A stretch of 64,000 nt of DNA, from contig CAWDML010000001.1 of assembly GCA_963803435.1 (NCBI GenBank), positions 480,001-544,000 on the forward strand, given 5' to 3'. The stretch's first letter is position 1, and each line of letters starts with the position of its first letter. Below the pieces are notes generated by a model that saw only the letters and a list, made by a program, of their open reading frames with translations, ran no database searches and was not told the DNA's origin. Shown piece after piece: positions 38,748 to 49,440 of this stretch. A program made the position numbers and the translations under genes. The stretch comes from an uncultured delta proteobacterium (GTDB lineage Bacteria; Myxococcota; Kuafuiibacteriia; Kuafuiibacteriales; Kuafuiibacteriaceae).

Positions 38748-40013
38748 ATGTCGACCGAAGCTCTCTTCGCGCGGGGTCAGATGGCGTACTCCCTGGGCTT
38801 TCACATCGTCTTCGCGGCCGTGGGAATCGGTATGCCGCTCTTGATGGTGATCGCGGAGATCCTCTGGCGGCGAACCCAGGAGCCGGAGTACCTGGCGCTG
38901 GCTCGCCGCTGGACGAAGGGCACGGCGGTCTTCTTCGCGGTGGGTGCGGTGTCGGGCACGGTCCTCTCGTTCGAGCTCGGGTTGCTGTTCCCTCACTTCA
39001 TGGCGAACGCAGGGGCGGTGATCGGGATGCCCTTCTCCCTGGAGGGGTTCGCATTTTTCACCGAAGCGATCTTCCTCGGTGTCTACCTGTACGGCTGGGA
39101 CCGGGTCCGGCCTTCGCTGCACCTGCTGTCCGGCGTGGCGGTGGCCGTGAGCGGGCTGCTCTCGGCGGTGTTCGTGACCATCGCGAATGCATGGATGAAC
39201 GCGCCCCGCGGATTCCGCGTGGTGGACGGCGCGTTCACCGACATCGATCCGCTGGTGGCGATGACGTCGCCGTTCGTGGTCCACGAGGTCCTTCACACGG
39301 TGCTGGCCTCGTACCTGGCCACCACGCTGGCCGTCGCGGCGATCCATGCGTGGGCGTGCCTCTCGAGCCCGAGCTCGACGTTCCACCGGAGGGCCCTCGG
39401 GATCGCGCTCGCGGTCACGATCCCATGCGCGCTGGCGCAGCTCCCGGTGGGCCACTTCGCCGGTCACCAGGTCGCGGAGATGCAGCCGTTGAAGATGGCG
39501 GCGATCGAGCACCTCGAGAAGACGACCCGCCACGCCCCGCTGGTGGTGGGGCCGGTCGAGATCCCGGGCGGTCTCTCGTTCATGGCGTTCGGAGACACCG
39601 ACGCCGAGGTTCGCGGTCTCGACGCCTTTCCGCTCGCCGATCATCCTTCCTCGATCGTGCGGCTCGCGTTTCAGATCATGGTCGGGCTCGGCTCGCTGGG
39701 CGCGCTCTACGCGCTGGTCTCGCTGGTCTGGTGGATCGCGCGCCGCCGGCTGCCCGCAGCGCGCGGGTGGTTGCTCGCGACGATCGCGCTGGGACCGTCG
39801 GGCGTCCTGGCGATGGAGGCGGGCTGGACGGTGACCGAGGTGGGCCGGCAACCCTGGATCGTCTACGGGGTGATGCGCACCGCCGACGCGGTGACGCCGG
39901 TGCGAGGCCTGTGGTTCCCGTTCGTGAGCTTCGCGGTGGTCTATCTCCTGCTCGCGGTGGTGGTGACGATCGTGCTGATCCGCCAGGTGCGCGAGGCGGG
40001 CGGAGGCCGGTGA
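38748..40013 (+). CDS. cydA: Cytochrome bd ubiquinol oxidase subunit I (short Q-loop)
   Basis: FHIVF, EGFAFFTEAIFLG, NAWMNAP, QPLKMAAIE, EAGWTVTEVGRQPW. Confidence 0.95.
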   Translation: MSTEALFARGQMAYSLGFHIVFAAVGIGMPLLMVIAEILWRRTQEPEYLALARRWTKGTAVFFAVGAVSGTVLSFELGLLFPHFMANAGAVIGMPFSLEGFAFFTEAIFLGVYLYGWDRVRPSLHLLSGVAVAVSGLLSAVFVTIANAWMNAPRGFRVVDGAFTDIDPLVAMTSPFVVHEVLHTVLASYLATTLAVAAIHAWACLSSPSSTFHRRALGIALAVTIPCALAQLPVGHFAGHQVAEMQPLKMAAIEHLEKTTRHAPLVVGPVEIPGGLSFMAFGDTDAEVRGLDAFPLADHPSSIVRLAFQIMVGLGSLGALYALVSLVWWIARRRLPAARGWLLATIALGPSGVLAMEAGWTVTEVGRQPWIVYGVMRTADAVTPVRGLWFPFVSFAVVYLLLAVVVTIVLIRQVREAGGGR

Positions 40014-41002
40014 TGCCCGGGCTCGCGGACCTCCTGGCGCTGGTCATGCTGGTGTCGCTGATCCTCTACGCGCTCCTGGCCGGCGCCGACTTCGGAGGCG
40101 GCGTCTGGGATCTGGTCGCGACGGGGCCGCGACGGAGCGAGCAGCGGACCGCGATCGTGCACGCGATCGCGCCGGTCTGGGAGGCGAACCACGTCTGGCT
40201 GATCCTGGTGGTGGTCATCCTCTTCACCGCCTTCCCGCCGGCGTTCGCCGCGATCTCGATCGACCTTCACGAGCCGCTGATCCTGATGCTGCTCGGGATC
40301 GTCCTCCGCGGATCCGCCTTCGTCTTTCGGCAGTATGGCGGCGGCGGCGCCCGCGACGAGGAGACCTGGGGCCGCGTCTTCGCCGTCGCCAGCACGGGCA
40401 CGCCGATCTTCCTCGGGATCATCATCGGCACGCTCACCAGCGGAGGGCGCTGGTACTCGGCCTTCCCCATCTTGATCGGACTCTTGACGCTGGCGCTGTT
40501 CGCCTTCCTGGCTGCGGTCTATCTCTCGAACGAGGCCGAGGGCGCGGTCGCCGAGGACTTCCGGAGGCGGGCGCTGATCGCGGGGGTCGCGGTCTTCGTC
40601 TTCGCGCTGGCCGGCGGGCTGGCAGCGGGGCCCGGCGCCAGGCACTTCCTGGTGCGGCTGATCGGATCCTGGTGGAGCTGGCCGCTCCAGATCGCCACCG
40701 GGCTCGCCGCGGTGATCGCGTTCGCGGCGTTGCTGCGCCGGCAGCCGGGGCTGGCGCGGATCGCAGCGATCGCGCAGGTCACGCTGATCCTGGCCGGCTG
40801 GGGCGCCGCCCAGTATCCGGTGCTGGTCGCGCCCTCCCTGACGATCGCGAAGGCGGCCGCACCGCCCGCGACGCTCGAGCTCCTGGTGCCGACGCTCGTG
40901 GCGGGCTCGGTGGTGCTGTTCCCGTCCCTCTACTGGATGATGCGGGTCTTCAAGCTCAGTACTGCACGTACTCGGGACGCTCGTGGGTCACGAACGCCTT
41001 GA
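40013..41002 (+). CDS. cydB: Cytochrome bd ubiquinol oxidase subunit II
   Basis: GADFGGG, PVWEANHVWLI, LRGSAFVFR; TGATG coupling to cydA. Confidence 0.93.
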   Translation: MPGLADLLALVMLVSLILYALLAGADFGGGVWDLVATGPRRSEQRTAIVHAIAPVWEANHVWLILVVVILFTAFPPAFAAISIDLHEPLILMLLGIVLRGSAFVFRQYGGGGARDEETWGRVFAVASTGTPIFLGIIIGTLTSGGRWYSAFPILIGLLTLALFAFLAAVYLSNEAEGAVAEDFRRRALIAGVAVFVFALAGGLAAGPGARHFLVRLIGSWWSWPLQIATGLAAVIAFAALLRRQPGLARIAAIAQVTLILAGWGAAQYPVLVAPSLTIAKAAAPPATLELLVPTLVAGSVVLFPSLYWMMRVFKLSTARTRDARGSRTP

Positions 41003-41591
41003 CGCTGGGACGATCCCAGATCCGGTCCGCGAAGTCGGACAGGCGGGCCGGCACCGGGTCGCCGTTCTTGTGGAGCCGCTGCAGCATCATCGCGAGGTCG
41101 GCGTCGGCGATCGAGAAGGCGCTGAAGATCGTGGGCCGATCGTGCGCCAGCAGCGCGCTCGCCACCTCGATCAGCTTCTCCGCGGCGCTCCGTCCCTGCG
41201 GGCTCAGGGGGGTGTGGGTCGGGGCGTAGAAGACCGTGGTGGTGGAGCGCTCCTCGCGGATCGGCATCAGATCGCTCCGCACCCAGGCCATGATCTGCCG
41301 GGCCCGCGCCTTGTCCTTCGGATCAGTGGGAAGGATGTGGGGTCCCGGAAAGACGTCCTCGACGTATTCGACGATGGCGCTCGATTCGGCCAGGCAGAAG
41401 TCACCGTGGCGCAGCGAGGGCACCCGGGCGGTGAGCGTGCGGCTTCGATAGTCGGCGCTCGTCTGCTCCTTGCGATCGAGGCCGATCGTCTCGACCGAGA
41501 ACTCCAGCTTCTTCTCGGAGAGCGCGACGAACGCGGAGAGCGCGTAGGGGCTGATCCAGAACCGGTCGACGGTGAGGGAGAGCTCGCTCAT
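40956..41591 (-). CDS. Glutathione S-transferase (YfcF-like)
   Basis: SPYALSAFVAL, TARVPSL, ESSAIVEY, QIMAWVRSDLMPIREERST. Confidence 0.9.
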   Translation of the reverse strand: MSELSLTVDRFWISPYALSAFVALSEKKLEFSVETIGLDRKEQTSADYRSRTLTARVPSLRHGDFCLAESSAIVEYVEDVFPGPHILPTDPKDKARARQIMAWVRSDLMPIREERSTTTVFYAPTHTPLSPQGRSAAEKLIEVASALLAHDRPTIFSAFSIADADLAMMLQRLHKNGDPVPARLSDFADRIWDRPSVKAFVTHERPEYVQY

Positions 41592-41734
41592 GGTCGCGCA
41601 GCCTCCGTCGAGCGGAGAGCGGAAGCAATCGCCGACCTCGGAACACCGGTCTCGATGTGGCGCCTCGGGCCGGCGGCCCGGTCGTTCGGCGAGCGGACCG
41701 CTCGTGGTACGTCACCTGCACTGTTGATCGCTCC

Positions 41735-42403
41735 ATGTATGCGCATGGAGTGCCGGAGCCGGATGCCGATCGGATGATCTCGGGGTTCGCCTGGAGACGC
41801 CGCCTCCGCAACCTGTTCGCGGCGGTGTGCGGCTTTGCGGTCCTCGCCCTCTTGATGGCGCTGCTCTTTCGCGTGGAGCTCCCGAGCTTGGACTGGGTCT
41901 CCCGCTCGGCGCGGGTGCTCACGGAGCCGCCCGCGGCCGTGCCGGTCGCAGCGCCCGTGGCCTCGCCGCTCGACGCCGGCGTCCCGAACCTGGATGCGTC
42001 GGTGCCGGACCCAGACGCCGGGGTCGAGGGCCAGCCCGACGCGGCGCCCAGCCTGACCGGGATGGAGCACGCGCATCGCCTGCTCCGCCGGGGCGATCCC
42101 TGGAAGGCGCTGCTGGCGTTCGAGGTGGAGAGCGATCGACGGCCTCGCTCCCCCGAGCCGCTGTACTGGATGGGCGTCTCGTACGTCCGCCTGGGGAACT
42201 ATCTGGCCGCGCAGACGCAGTTCCGCCGGGCCCTCCAGCTCGATGCGCGGCACGTCGCGTCGATCTACGGCCTCGCGGACGCGCTCCGACTCAGCGCGGA
42301 CACCAAGGAGGCGGCCATCTGGTACCGCCGATATCTGAAGCTGGCGCCGAGGGGACGCTACCGTGCGGTCGCGTCGAGGGCGGTGGCCGCCTTCGGGGGC
42401 TGA
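41735..42403 (+). CDS. Membrane-anchored TPR protein
   Basis: One TM, Pro/Asp linker, about 3 TPRs ending YRRYLKLAPRG; start uncertain. Confidence 0.75.
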   Translation: MYAHGVPEPDADRMISGFAWRRRLRNLFAAVCGFAVLALLMALLFRVELPSLDWVSRSARVLTEPPAAVPVAAPVASPLDAGVPNLDASVPDPDAGVEGQPDAAPSLTGMEHAHRLLRRGDPWKALLAFEVESDRRPRSPEPLYWMGVSYVRLGNYLAAQTQFRRALQLDARHVASIYGLADALRLSADTKEAAIWYRRYLKLAPRGRYRAVASRAVAAFGG

Positions 42404-44609
42404 GCGCCGGACCAGAGGTTGAGCGCCGAGCCCGCGCGGAACCACTCGAGCTGGACGTCGCTGTAAGAGTGCGCCAGCGCGATCGAGTCCGCGCGACCGT
42501 CCGGACGATGGAGCCGACAGGTGACGGTCCGGCCGGGCGCGAGCGCACCGAGGCCGATCAGGCTCAGGCGATCGTCGGGGCCGATCGCGTCATAGTCGTC
42601 CGGATCGACGAACGTGAGCGCGAGCAGCCCCTGCTTCTTGAGGTTGGTCTCGTGGATGCGCGCGAAGCTGCGAGCGATGATGGCAGCGCCGCCGAGGAGG
42701 CGCGGTGAGAGCGCCGCGTGCTCACGGCTGCTGCCCTCTCCATAGTTCCAGTCGCCGATCACCACCCAGCGGAGGCCGCGATCCCGGTAAGCTCGGGCCC
42801 GCGGCGCCACCGGCTCCCCGCGCGCGCCCGTGAAGGCGTCGACGGCGCCGAGGAACATGTTGTCGCTGAAGCGATCGAGGTGGCCGCGAAAGCGCAGCCA
42901 CGCGCCTGCGGGCGAGATCTGATCGGTGGTGGTCTTGCCCTTCGCCTTCAATAGCACCGGCATCTCGAGGAGGTCGCGGCCGTCCCACGCCGGCCAGCGC
43001 GGGAGCCGCTGGAGCCGTTCGCTCGCTGGGTCGATCGCGAGCGCGACGTCGCTGCCGTCGTCGGGCGGCGGGGCGTAGGCGGAGGGATCGGTGAGAAAGC
43101 CGCCGGGCGGGAGATCGGGGGCGGACCGGCGGCGCCAGGTGAAACGGTCGGCCCTCCGCATCGAGGAGCGCGTCCGTGAGCGGGTTGAACGAGAGTCGCC
43201 CGGCCAGCGCGAAGGCGACGACCAGCTCCGGGCTGGCGATGAAGCTCATCGTCGAGGTCTCGCCGTCGTTGCGCCCGGGAAAGTTGCGGTTGTACGAGGT
43301 GACGATCGTGTTCGCTCGTCCGGCGGTCGGACGACGCCACTGCCCGATGCAGGGACCGCAGGCGTTGGCGAGCACCGAGGCGCCGACGGCCTCGAGCGCG
43401 CCGAGATAGCCGTCGCGCTCGGCGGTGGCGCGCACCCGCTCCGAGCCGGGGGTGACCAGCACGGCGGCGCCGGCCATCAGCCCGTGCCGGCGGCCTTGCT
43501 CGGCCACCGAGGCGGCCCGGCCGAGGTCCTGGTACGACGAGTTGGTGCAGCTCCCGATCAGCGCCGCCGAGACCTCGTCGACGAACCCGTTCTCCGGATC
43601 GGCGACCTCGGCCTTCAAGCGCGGAGATCGGCCGGGCGCGATCGGGCGAGTGCGGTCCCACCACCTGGGGCTCGAGGCTCGAGAGATCGACCTCGAGGAC
43701 CTGATCGAAGTAGCGCGCCGGATCCGCCTCGACCTCGGGGTCCGCCTGGAGCAGGCCACGGAAGACGTCGATCAGCGGGACCAGCTCGCCGCGGCCGGTG
43801 GCCGCCAGGTAGCACGCCATGTGCGCGTCGGCCGGGAACACCGAGGTGGTCGCGCCGAGCTCGGCGCCCATGTTGCAGATCGTCGCCTTGCCGGTGGCGC
43901 TGATCGTCCGGGCGCCCGGCCCCAGGTACTCGAGGATCGCCTGGGTGGCGCCGGAGACGGTGAGATGGCCGGCCACGTGGAGGATCACGTCCTTCGCCGT
44001 GGTCCAGCCGGAGAGCGCGCCGGTGAGGCGAACCGCGAGACGGCGCGGGCGGCGCAGCTCCCAGGGCAGGCCGGCGATCACCTCGACGGCGTCGGCGCCG
44101 CCCACGCCGATCGCGCACGCGCCCAGCCCCCCGGCGTTGGGCGTGTGCGAGTCGGTCCCGACGATCAGCTGCCCCGGCGACGCGTAGCTCTCGAGGACGA
44201 CCTGGTGGATGATGCCCGCCCCCGGCCCCCAGAAGCCGGCGCCATAGCGCGCGGCCGCCGAGCGGAGGAACTCGTAGACCTCGCGATTCTCATCGAGCGA
44301 GGCGAGCAGGTCGGCGCTCGCTCCGGTGCGGGCCTGGATCAGGTGATCGCAGTGAATCGTGGTGGGGACGGCGACCCGCGTGGCGCCCGTCTGCATCAGC
44401 TGCAGCATCGCGCTCTGGCCGAGGACGTCCTGGAACACGACCCGGTCAGGCCGGAGGATCAGGTCGCGCTCACCGGGCTCGAGGGCCTGGGCGTCCGGAT
44501 CGTCGAGGTGGCCGTAGAGGAGCTTCTCGGCCAGCGAGAGCGGCCGCTTCACCCGCTCGCGAACGATCGCCAGGTTGCGGGACATCTTCTCGAGGATGGC
44601 TGCTGTCAT
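42358..44609 (-). CDS. Aconitate hydratase (mitochondrial-type); two +1 frameshifts (43617, 43126)
   Basis: HCDHLI, GIIHQ, DSHTPN, GSCTNSSY, NACGPCIGQW, SYNRNF, TTDQISPAG, NYGEGSSREHAA spread over three ORFs. Confidence 0.9.
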
Positions 44610-44672
44610 GGGCGACAGCGTAATGAAATCCCAATGAGAATAGGTGGAATACGATATAGTCTACATGCGACT

Positions 44673-45545
44673 ATGATCGAAGGCCTCGAAGCCCTGGCGG
44701 CGCTCGAACAATCCGGGACGGTCAGCGAGGCGGCGGTGCGCCTGCGGCTCACGCAGTCGGCGGTCAGCAAGCGGATCCAGGCCCTCTCGAAGGCGCTCCA
44801 GATCCCGCTCCTCGAGCGGGACGGCCGGCGCGTGCGCCTGACCTCGCAGGCGACCCTGGTCCTGGAGCGCGCGCGCCCGCTGATGGCCGCGCTGCGGGAG
44901 CTGGCGGCGCCGGGGCCGGCCGGACCGCGGGGCACGACGTTCTCGCTGGCGCTCGCCGACTCGATCGCCGCCTCCTGGGGTCCCCGCGTGGTGAGCGAGG
45001 CGCTGCGTCCGCTCCCCCGGCTCGCGGTCGATCTCCACGCTCACCGGAGCGTGCTCATCGTGGAGAACCTCCGGCTCGGCCGCTATCAGATGGGCCTGAC
45101 CGCCGAGCCCGCCTCGACGAGAGACCTGGTCCACGTGCCGATCACCGCGGAGCCGATGGTCCTGGTCCACTCGGGCCTGGGGCGCCGCGCCGATCATCGC
45201 CGGCCGCTGATCACGATCGAGCCCACCTCCGCGACGTGGCGCGCGATCGAGCCGCTCGTCCGCGATCACCAGCCCGCGCTGGCGGCCCGGCGGATCATCC
45301 CGGTGGAGTCGTTCGGCGCGGCGCTCCAGATGGCGAGGGCCGAGTTCGGCGACGCGCTGATCCCGATCGGCGTGGCGCACGAGGCGAAGCTCCCCCGGCG
45401 ATCACACCGGAGATTGAGCGCGGTCGCGAGGCCGATCGTGCTGTTGAGTCGAAAGAGCGTCTATCAGCTGCCCGACTTCGCGCCGTTCGCCGAGCAGCTG
45501 GCCGCCGCGGTGCGGCGCTACTTCGAGGAACCCTCGCCGAGATAG
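44673..45545 (+). CDS. LysR family transcriptional regulator
   Basis: GTVSEAAVRLRLTQSAVSKRIQAL HTH; divergent from aconitase across an AT-rich spacer. Confidence 0.9.
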   Translation: MIEGLEALAALEQSGTVSEAAVRLRLTQSAVSKRIQALSKALQIPLLERDGRRVRLTSQATLVLERARPLMAALRELAAPGPAGPRGTTFSLALADSIAASWGPRVVSEALRPLPRLAVDLHAHRSVLIVENLRLGRYQMGLTAEPASTRDLVHVPITAEPMVLVHSGLGRRADHRRPLITIEPTSATWRAIEPLVRDHQPALAARRIIPVESFGAALQMARAEFGDALIPIGVAHEAKLPRRSHRRLSAVARPIVLLSRKSVYQLPDFAPFAEQLAAAVRRYFEEPSPR

Positions 45546-46099
45546 CCGACGGTGCTGATCACGATCAGCGAGGCGGAGAGCATGCACCCGCCGATCGTCA
45601 GCTGATACGGCGCCTCGAGGACGATCGAGAGGATCACGAAGAAGAGGACCAGGCTGGAGACCTTGCCGTGCGCGCGGTGCTCGGTGACGACGAAACCTCT
45701 TCGCGCGCGGACCACCAGATATCCGGTCGCGAGGAGGAGATCGTGGAGCAGCACCACGGCGAAAAACCAGAGCGGGAGCCGGGTCAGACCGGGGACGTCG
45801 CGAAACGTGAAGTACGAGACGAACGCGACCTGAGCCACCTTGTCGGCCACCGCGTCGAGGATCGCGCCGACGTGGGTGGTGGCATGGTAACGGCGGGCCA
45901 CCCAGCCATCGACGAGATCCGAGATCCCGAGGATCCCGAGCAGCACGACCAAACCGACGGCCGGCGCGGTTTCCCCGGCGAGGCGCGCGCCCCGGATCTC
46001 CTCGGTCATCCAGAGGCCGAGCGGGACCAGCAGCAGCCGCACGATCGAGATCGCATTCGGCACCGAGCGGATCAATCTCGGCTGAACCACACCTTCCAC
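45518..46099 (-). CDS. CDP-alcohol phosphatidyltransferase family protein
   Basis: PNAISIVR and DLVDGWVARRYHATTHVGAILDAVADK signature. Confidence 0.92.
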   Translation of the reverse strand: MEGVVQPRLIRSVPNAISIVRLLLVPLGLWMTEEIRGARLAGETAPAVGLVVLLGILGISDLVDGWVARRYHATTHVGAILDAVADKVAQVAFVSYFTFRDVPGLTRLPLWFFAVVLLHDLLLATGYLVVRARRGFVVTEHRAHGKVSSLVLFFVILSIVLEAPYQLTIGGCMLSASLIVISTVGYLGEGSSK

Positions 46100-46171
46100 G
46101 GTAGCGAGCCGGGGCCGACCCGAACAGCGGTTTCACTTGATCCGCGGTGCGGGCTTTGGGAAGGGTCCCCC

Positions 46172-47194
46172 GTGCTCCAGATCGACGATCCGACGGTCGC
46201 GCCCCAGCCGTCCTCGCCGCTGCTCCTCTCCGCGGTCGATCGCATCCTGTTCGATCGCCGCGACTGGGTCTTCCTCTCGCTGATCCTGCAGATCACGGTG
46301 CTGATCGTCCCGGCGGCGGTGCTGCTGTTCGTGATCGAACCGTTCCGCTGGTGGCTGGGCGCGCTCTATCTCCTCGTGATCCTCTTCGGCTATCTCGACA
46401 AGCTGATCCTGATGGTCCACAACCTCGCGCACCGCGCGACCTTCCGTCGGGGGTTCCGGTTCTTCCACGCCTGGCTGGAGTGGGTCCTGCAGCCGCTGTT
46501 CGGTCTCACGCCGAACACGTACTTCGCGCACCACGTGGCGATGCATCACCCGGAGAACAACGCCCCGGTCGACATCAGCTCGACGATGCGCTTTCGCCGC
46601 GACTCGTTCCTCCACTTCCTCCGCTACGTCGGGCGCTTCTACGCGTGGGCGGTGGTCGACCTGAGCAAGTACATGATCGTGCGGCGCCGCTTCAAGGTGG
46701 TGCGCCGCATGCTCAGTGGAGAGGTGACGTACTACGCCGTGGCGGGCGCGCTGCTCTACTGGCGCCCGCTGCCGGCGCTGTTCGTGCTGGTGTTGCCGTT
46801 CTTCATCACCCGCTTTCTGATGATGGCGGGGAACTGGGGCCAGCACGCGTTCATCGATCCCGAGGATCCGATCAACAGCTACAAGAACTCGATCACGTGC
46901 ATCAACTGCAGGTACAACCGGCGCGCCTTCAACGACGGCTACCACGTCGATCACCACCTCAAGCCGCGCCAGCACTGGACGGAGCTGCCCCTCGACCTCA
47001 AGGCGGACGCGTCCGAGTTCGCCCGGAACGGCTCGATCGTCTTCACCGGCATCGACTTCTTCATGGTCTGGCTGGCGCTGATGTTGAAGCGCTACCACTA
47101 CCTGGCAAACCACGTGGTGAGCTGCGACGGCTCGGACCGCCCGAAGGACGAGATCGTGGCGATGCTCAAGCTGCGCACCCGCCCCGTCCATTAG
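46172..47194 (+). CDS. Membrane fatty acid desaturase family protein
   Basis: His boxes HNLAHR, HHVAMHH, YHVDHH; GNWGQHAF; GTG start inferred. Confidence 0.88.
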   Translation: MLQIDDPTVAPQPSSPLLLSAVDRILFDRRDWVFLSLILQITVLIVPAAVLLFVIEPFRWWLGALYLLVILFGYLDKLILMVHNLAHRATFRRGFRFFHAWLEWVLQPLFGLTPNTYFAHHVAMHHPENNAPVDISSTMRFRRDSFLHFLRYVGRFYAWAVVDLSKYMIVRRRFKVVRRMLSGEVTYYAVAGALLYWRPLPALFVLVLPFFITRFLMMAGNWGQHAFIDPEDPINSYKNSITCINCRYNRRAFNDGYHVDHHLKPRQHWTELPLDLKADASEFARNGSIVFTGIDFFMVWLALMLKRYHYLANHVVSCDGSDRPKDEIVAMLKLRTRPVH

Positions 47195-47251
47195 GATCCG
47201 ATCCGCCGGGGCTCCCCAACCGTACCATCGGCGTATACTCCGGGCGCCGGA

Positions 47252-47875
47252 ATGACCCCGCAGATCCAAGCCGTACGGCCGCCGTCGAAGCGCAACGAGA
47301 CCCGCAGGGTGCTCGCCGCCGCCGCGCTGATCGTCTCGGCCGCGCTGGGCGAGATTGCGTGGTCGCGGAGCAGCGGGGAGACGGCGCGGGCGCCCGAGGG
47401 TGAGGTGCTCTTCGCGGACCTGCCCTTCGCCGAGCAGCGCGCGTTCCGCGAGATCCAGGAGGGGCTGGTCGAGGCCGAGCGCTTCCGCTCCGACAAGGGC
47501 CGCTGGCCGATCGCGTCCGACCTGGCCGGCGAAGGCGTCCCGCCCTTCGCCCGCACGCCCGGCGACCCGAGCACGCGCGCCTGGACGAGCGCGGAGGACT
47601 ACACCGGCCTGAACTACCTGGGATGGCCGACCGCGTCCGGCGAGCGCGCCTTGCTGGTCTTGATCCAGGAGGCCGGCGAGTGGGCCGAGCCCGGCGCCAC
47701 GGGGCTCGACGAGGAGCACCATCAGCTCGCGGAGGGCGATCTCATCCACGTCTCCGTCTGGGTCTCGGAGGCGAAGGGTGATCCGCCCCAGGCGGTGATC
47801 GCAGAACCCAAGCTGCGCGGCTGGACGCGGATCCGAATCGCTCCGCCGGCGCTGATCCAGGAGCCAAAAAGATGA
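47252..47875 (+). CDS. Membrane-anchored accessory protein of a metal ABC system (DUF6162/FpvK-like)
   Basis: VRPP...ETRRVL + TM; WPIASDLAGEGVPPFA; 4-bp overlap with the SBP gene. Confidence 0.65.
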   Translation: MTPQIQAVRPPSKRNETRRVLAAAALIVSAALGEIAWSRSSGETARAPEGEVLFADLPFAEQRAFREIQEGLVEAERFRSDKGRWPIASDLAGEGVPPFARTPGDPSTRAWTSAEDYTGLNYLGWPTASGERALLVLIQEAGEWAEPGATGLDEEHHQLAEGDLIHVSVWVSEAKGDPPQAVIAEPKLRGWTRIRIAPPALIQEPKR

Positions 47876-48765
47876 AGGTCACGTACGCGGTCCTCTCACT
47901 GTCGCTGATCCTCGCCGCCCCCGGAGAGACGGAAGCGGAGGCGGCGCCCTCGAGGCCTGCGCTCAAGGTCGGCGTCACGCTGCATCCGTATTACTCCTGG
48001 GTCGCCAACGTCGTGAAGGACACGCCGATCGAGGTGCGGTCCGTGCTCCCGGGCGACGTCGACGCCGGGAACTACCAGCCCCGCCCCGAGGACATCGCGA
48101 AGCTCGCCGACCTGGACGCCATCGTCATCAACGGCGTCGGACACGACGACTTCATCCGCGGCATGATCAAGGCCTCCGGCAACGACAAGCTGGTGGTGAT
48201 CGAGCCGAACCAGGGGACGCCGCTCATCCACGCGAAGAACGGCGGCACCGTCAACTCGCACACCTTCATCTCGTTCTCGAACGCGATCCAGCAGACCTAC
48301 GCGATCGCACGCGCGCTGGGCGCGCTGCGCCCGTCCCTCGCGCGGAAGCTCTCGGACAATGCGGCCGACTACGCCAAACGGCTGCGCGCCATCAAGGCCA
48401 AGGCCGCGGGTCAGCTGGCGCGCGCCAAGATCACGCGGGTGGTCACGGTCCACGACGGCTACGCCTACCTCCTCCAGGAGTTCGGCTTCGAGGTGGCCGC
48501 GGTGATCGAGCCCGCCCACGGACTGGTCCCCTCGGCGGGCGAGCTCGACGCGCTGGTCAAGGTGCTGCAGAAGGAGCACCTGCAGGTCGTCCTCTCCGAG
48601 GAGACGTTTCCGAAGGCGCTGCTCGACGTCGTCCAGCACGCCACCGGCGCGCGCGTTTACATCATCAGCCACATCGCGTCCGGCCAGTACACGCCGGACA
48701 AGTTCGAGAAGGAGATGGAGAAGAACGCGGCCACGCTGGTGAAGGCGCTGGTGGAGGACGGCTGA
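47872..48765 (+). CDS. Metal ABC transporter substrate-binding protein (ZnuA/TroA family, FpvC-like)
   Basis: GVTLHPYYSWV, NGVGHDDF, NSHTFIS, HDGYAYL, EPAHG. Confidence 0.9.
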   Translation: MKVTYAVLSLSLILAAPGETEAEAAPSRPALKVGVTLHPYYSWVANVVKDTPIEVRSVLPGDVDAGNYQPRPEDIAKLADLDAIVINGVGHDDFIRGMIKASGNDKLVVIEPNQGTPLIHAKNGGTVNSHTFISFSNAIQQTYAIARALGALRPSLARKLSDNAADYAKRLRAIKAKAAGQLARAKITRVVTVHDGYAYLLQEFGFEVAAVIEPAHGLVPSAGELDALVKVLQKEHLQVVLSEETFPKALLDVVQHATGARVYIISHIASGQYTPDKFEKEMEKNAATLVKALVEDG

Positions 48766-48771
48766 GCCGCG

Positions 48772-49440
48772 ATGAAGGCCAAGTGGATCGCCGAGCTCGA
48801 GGACGTCACCGTGCGACGCGAGCACGCCGTGGTCCTCGATCGCGTGTCGATGGGCGTGGCCCGCAAGACGATCCATGCGATCGTCGGCAAGAACGGCGCG
48901 GGCAAGTCGACGCTGCTGCACACGCTGCTGGGGGAGATCGAGTTCACCGGTAACATCCGCTTCCGGTTCGAGGCCGGGCGCGGCATCGGCTTTGTCCCGC
49001 AGCGCCTCGCCGTCGATCGCACGCTGCCCGTCACGGTCGGCGACTTCTTCGCCCTCACCCGCCAGCCGCGTCCGATCTTCTTCGGAGTCGGCGCCCGGAT
49101 GCGGACGCGCGTCGAGTCGGCCCTGGCGAGCTTCGGCCTCGAGGGCTACCAGGATCGACTGCTCGGCACGCTCTCAGGCGGCGAGCTCCAGCGGGTCCTG
49201 ATCGCGGACGCGCTCGAACGCACTCCGGAGATCCTCCTGCTCGACGAGCCCTCGACCGGCCTGGACGCCGGTGCGCTCGACCGCCTCGCCGAGCTCATGA
49301 TCGAGGCGCGCGATCGGTTCGGCACCACCGTGGTGTTCGTCGCGCACGACTTCGACCTGGTCGGACGCATCTCGGACCGCGTCACCCACCTCGACGGCGG
49401 CGCCGCCAAGACGGGACGGCCGCAAGAGATCCTCGCGTGA
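48772..49440 (+). CDS. Metal ABC transporter ATP-binding protein
   Basis: GKNGAGKS, LSGGELQR, LLLDEP, AHD. Confidence 0.92.
   Translation: MKAKWIAELEDVTVRREHAVVLDRVSMGVARKTIHAIVGKNGAGKSTLLHTLLGEIEFTGNIRFRFEAGRGIGFVPQRLAVDRTLPVTVGDFFALTRQPRPIFFGVGARMRTRVESALASFGLEGYQDRLLGTLSGGELQRVLIADALERTPEILLLDEPSTGLDAGALDRLAELMIEARDRFGTTVVFVAHDFDLVGRISDRVTHLDGGAAKTGRPQEILA

Noticed and set aside
39191-41002. 603-aa CydB (and similarly extended LysR 43425, desaturase 45236 and GT2 55973 ORFs)
   Set aside because: Upstream parts are off-frame or antisense read-through of adjacent genes in high-GC DNA.
42358-44609. Aconitase as a true pseudogene or programmed frameshift
   Set aside because: The recognisable catalytic and Fe-S motifs are intact, there are no in-frame stops or slippery heptamers, and the breaks are single-base doublings like others in the window.
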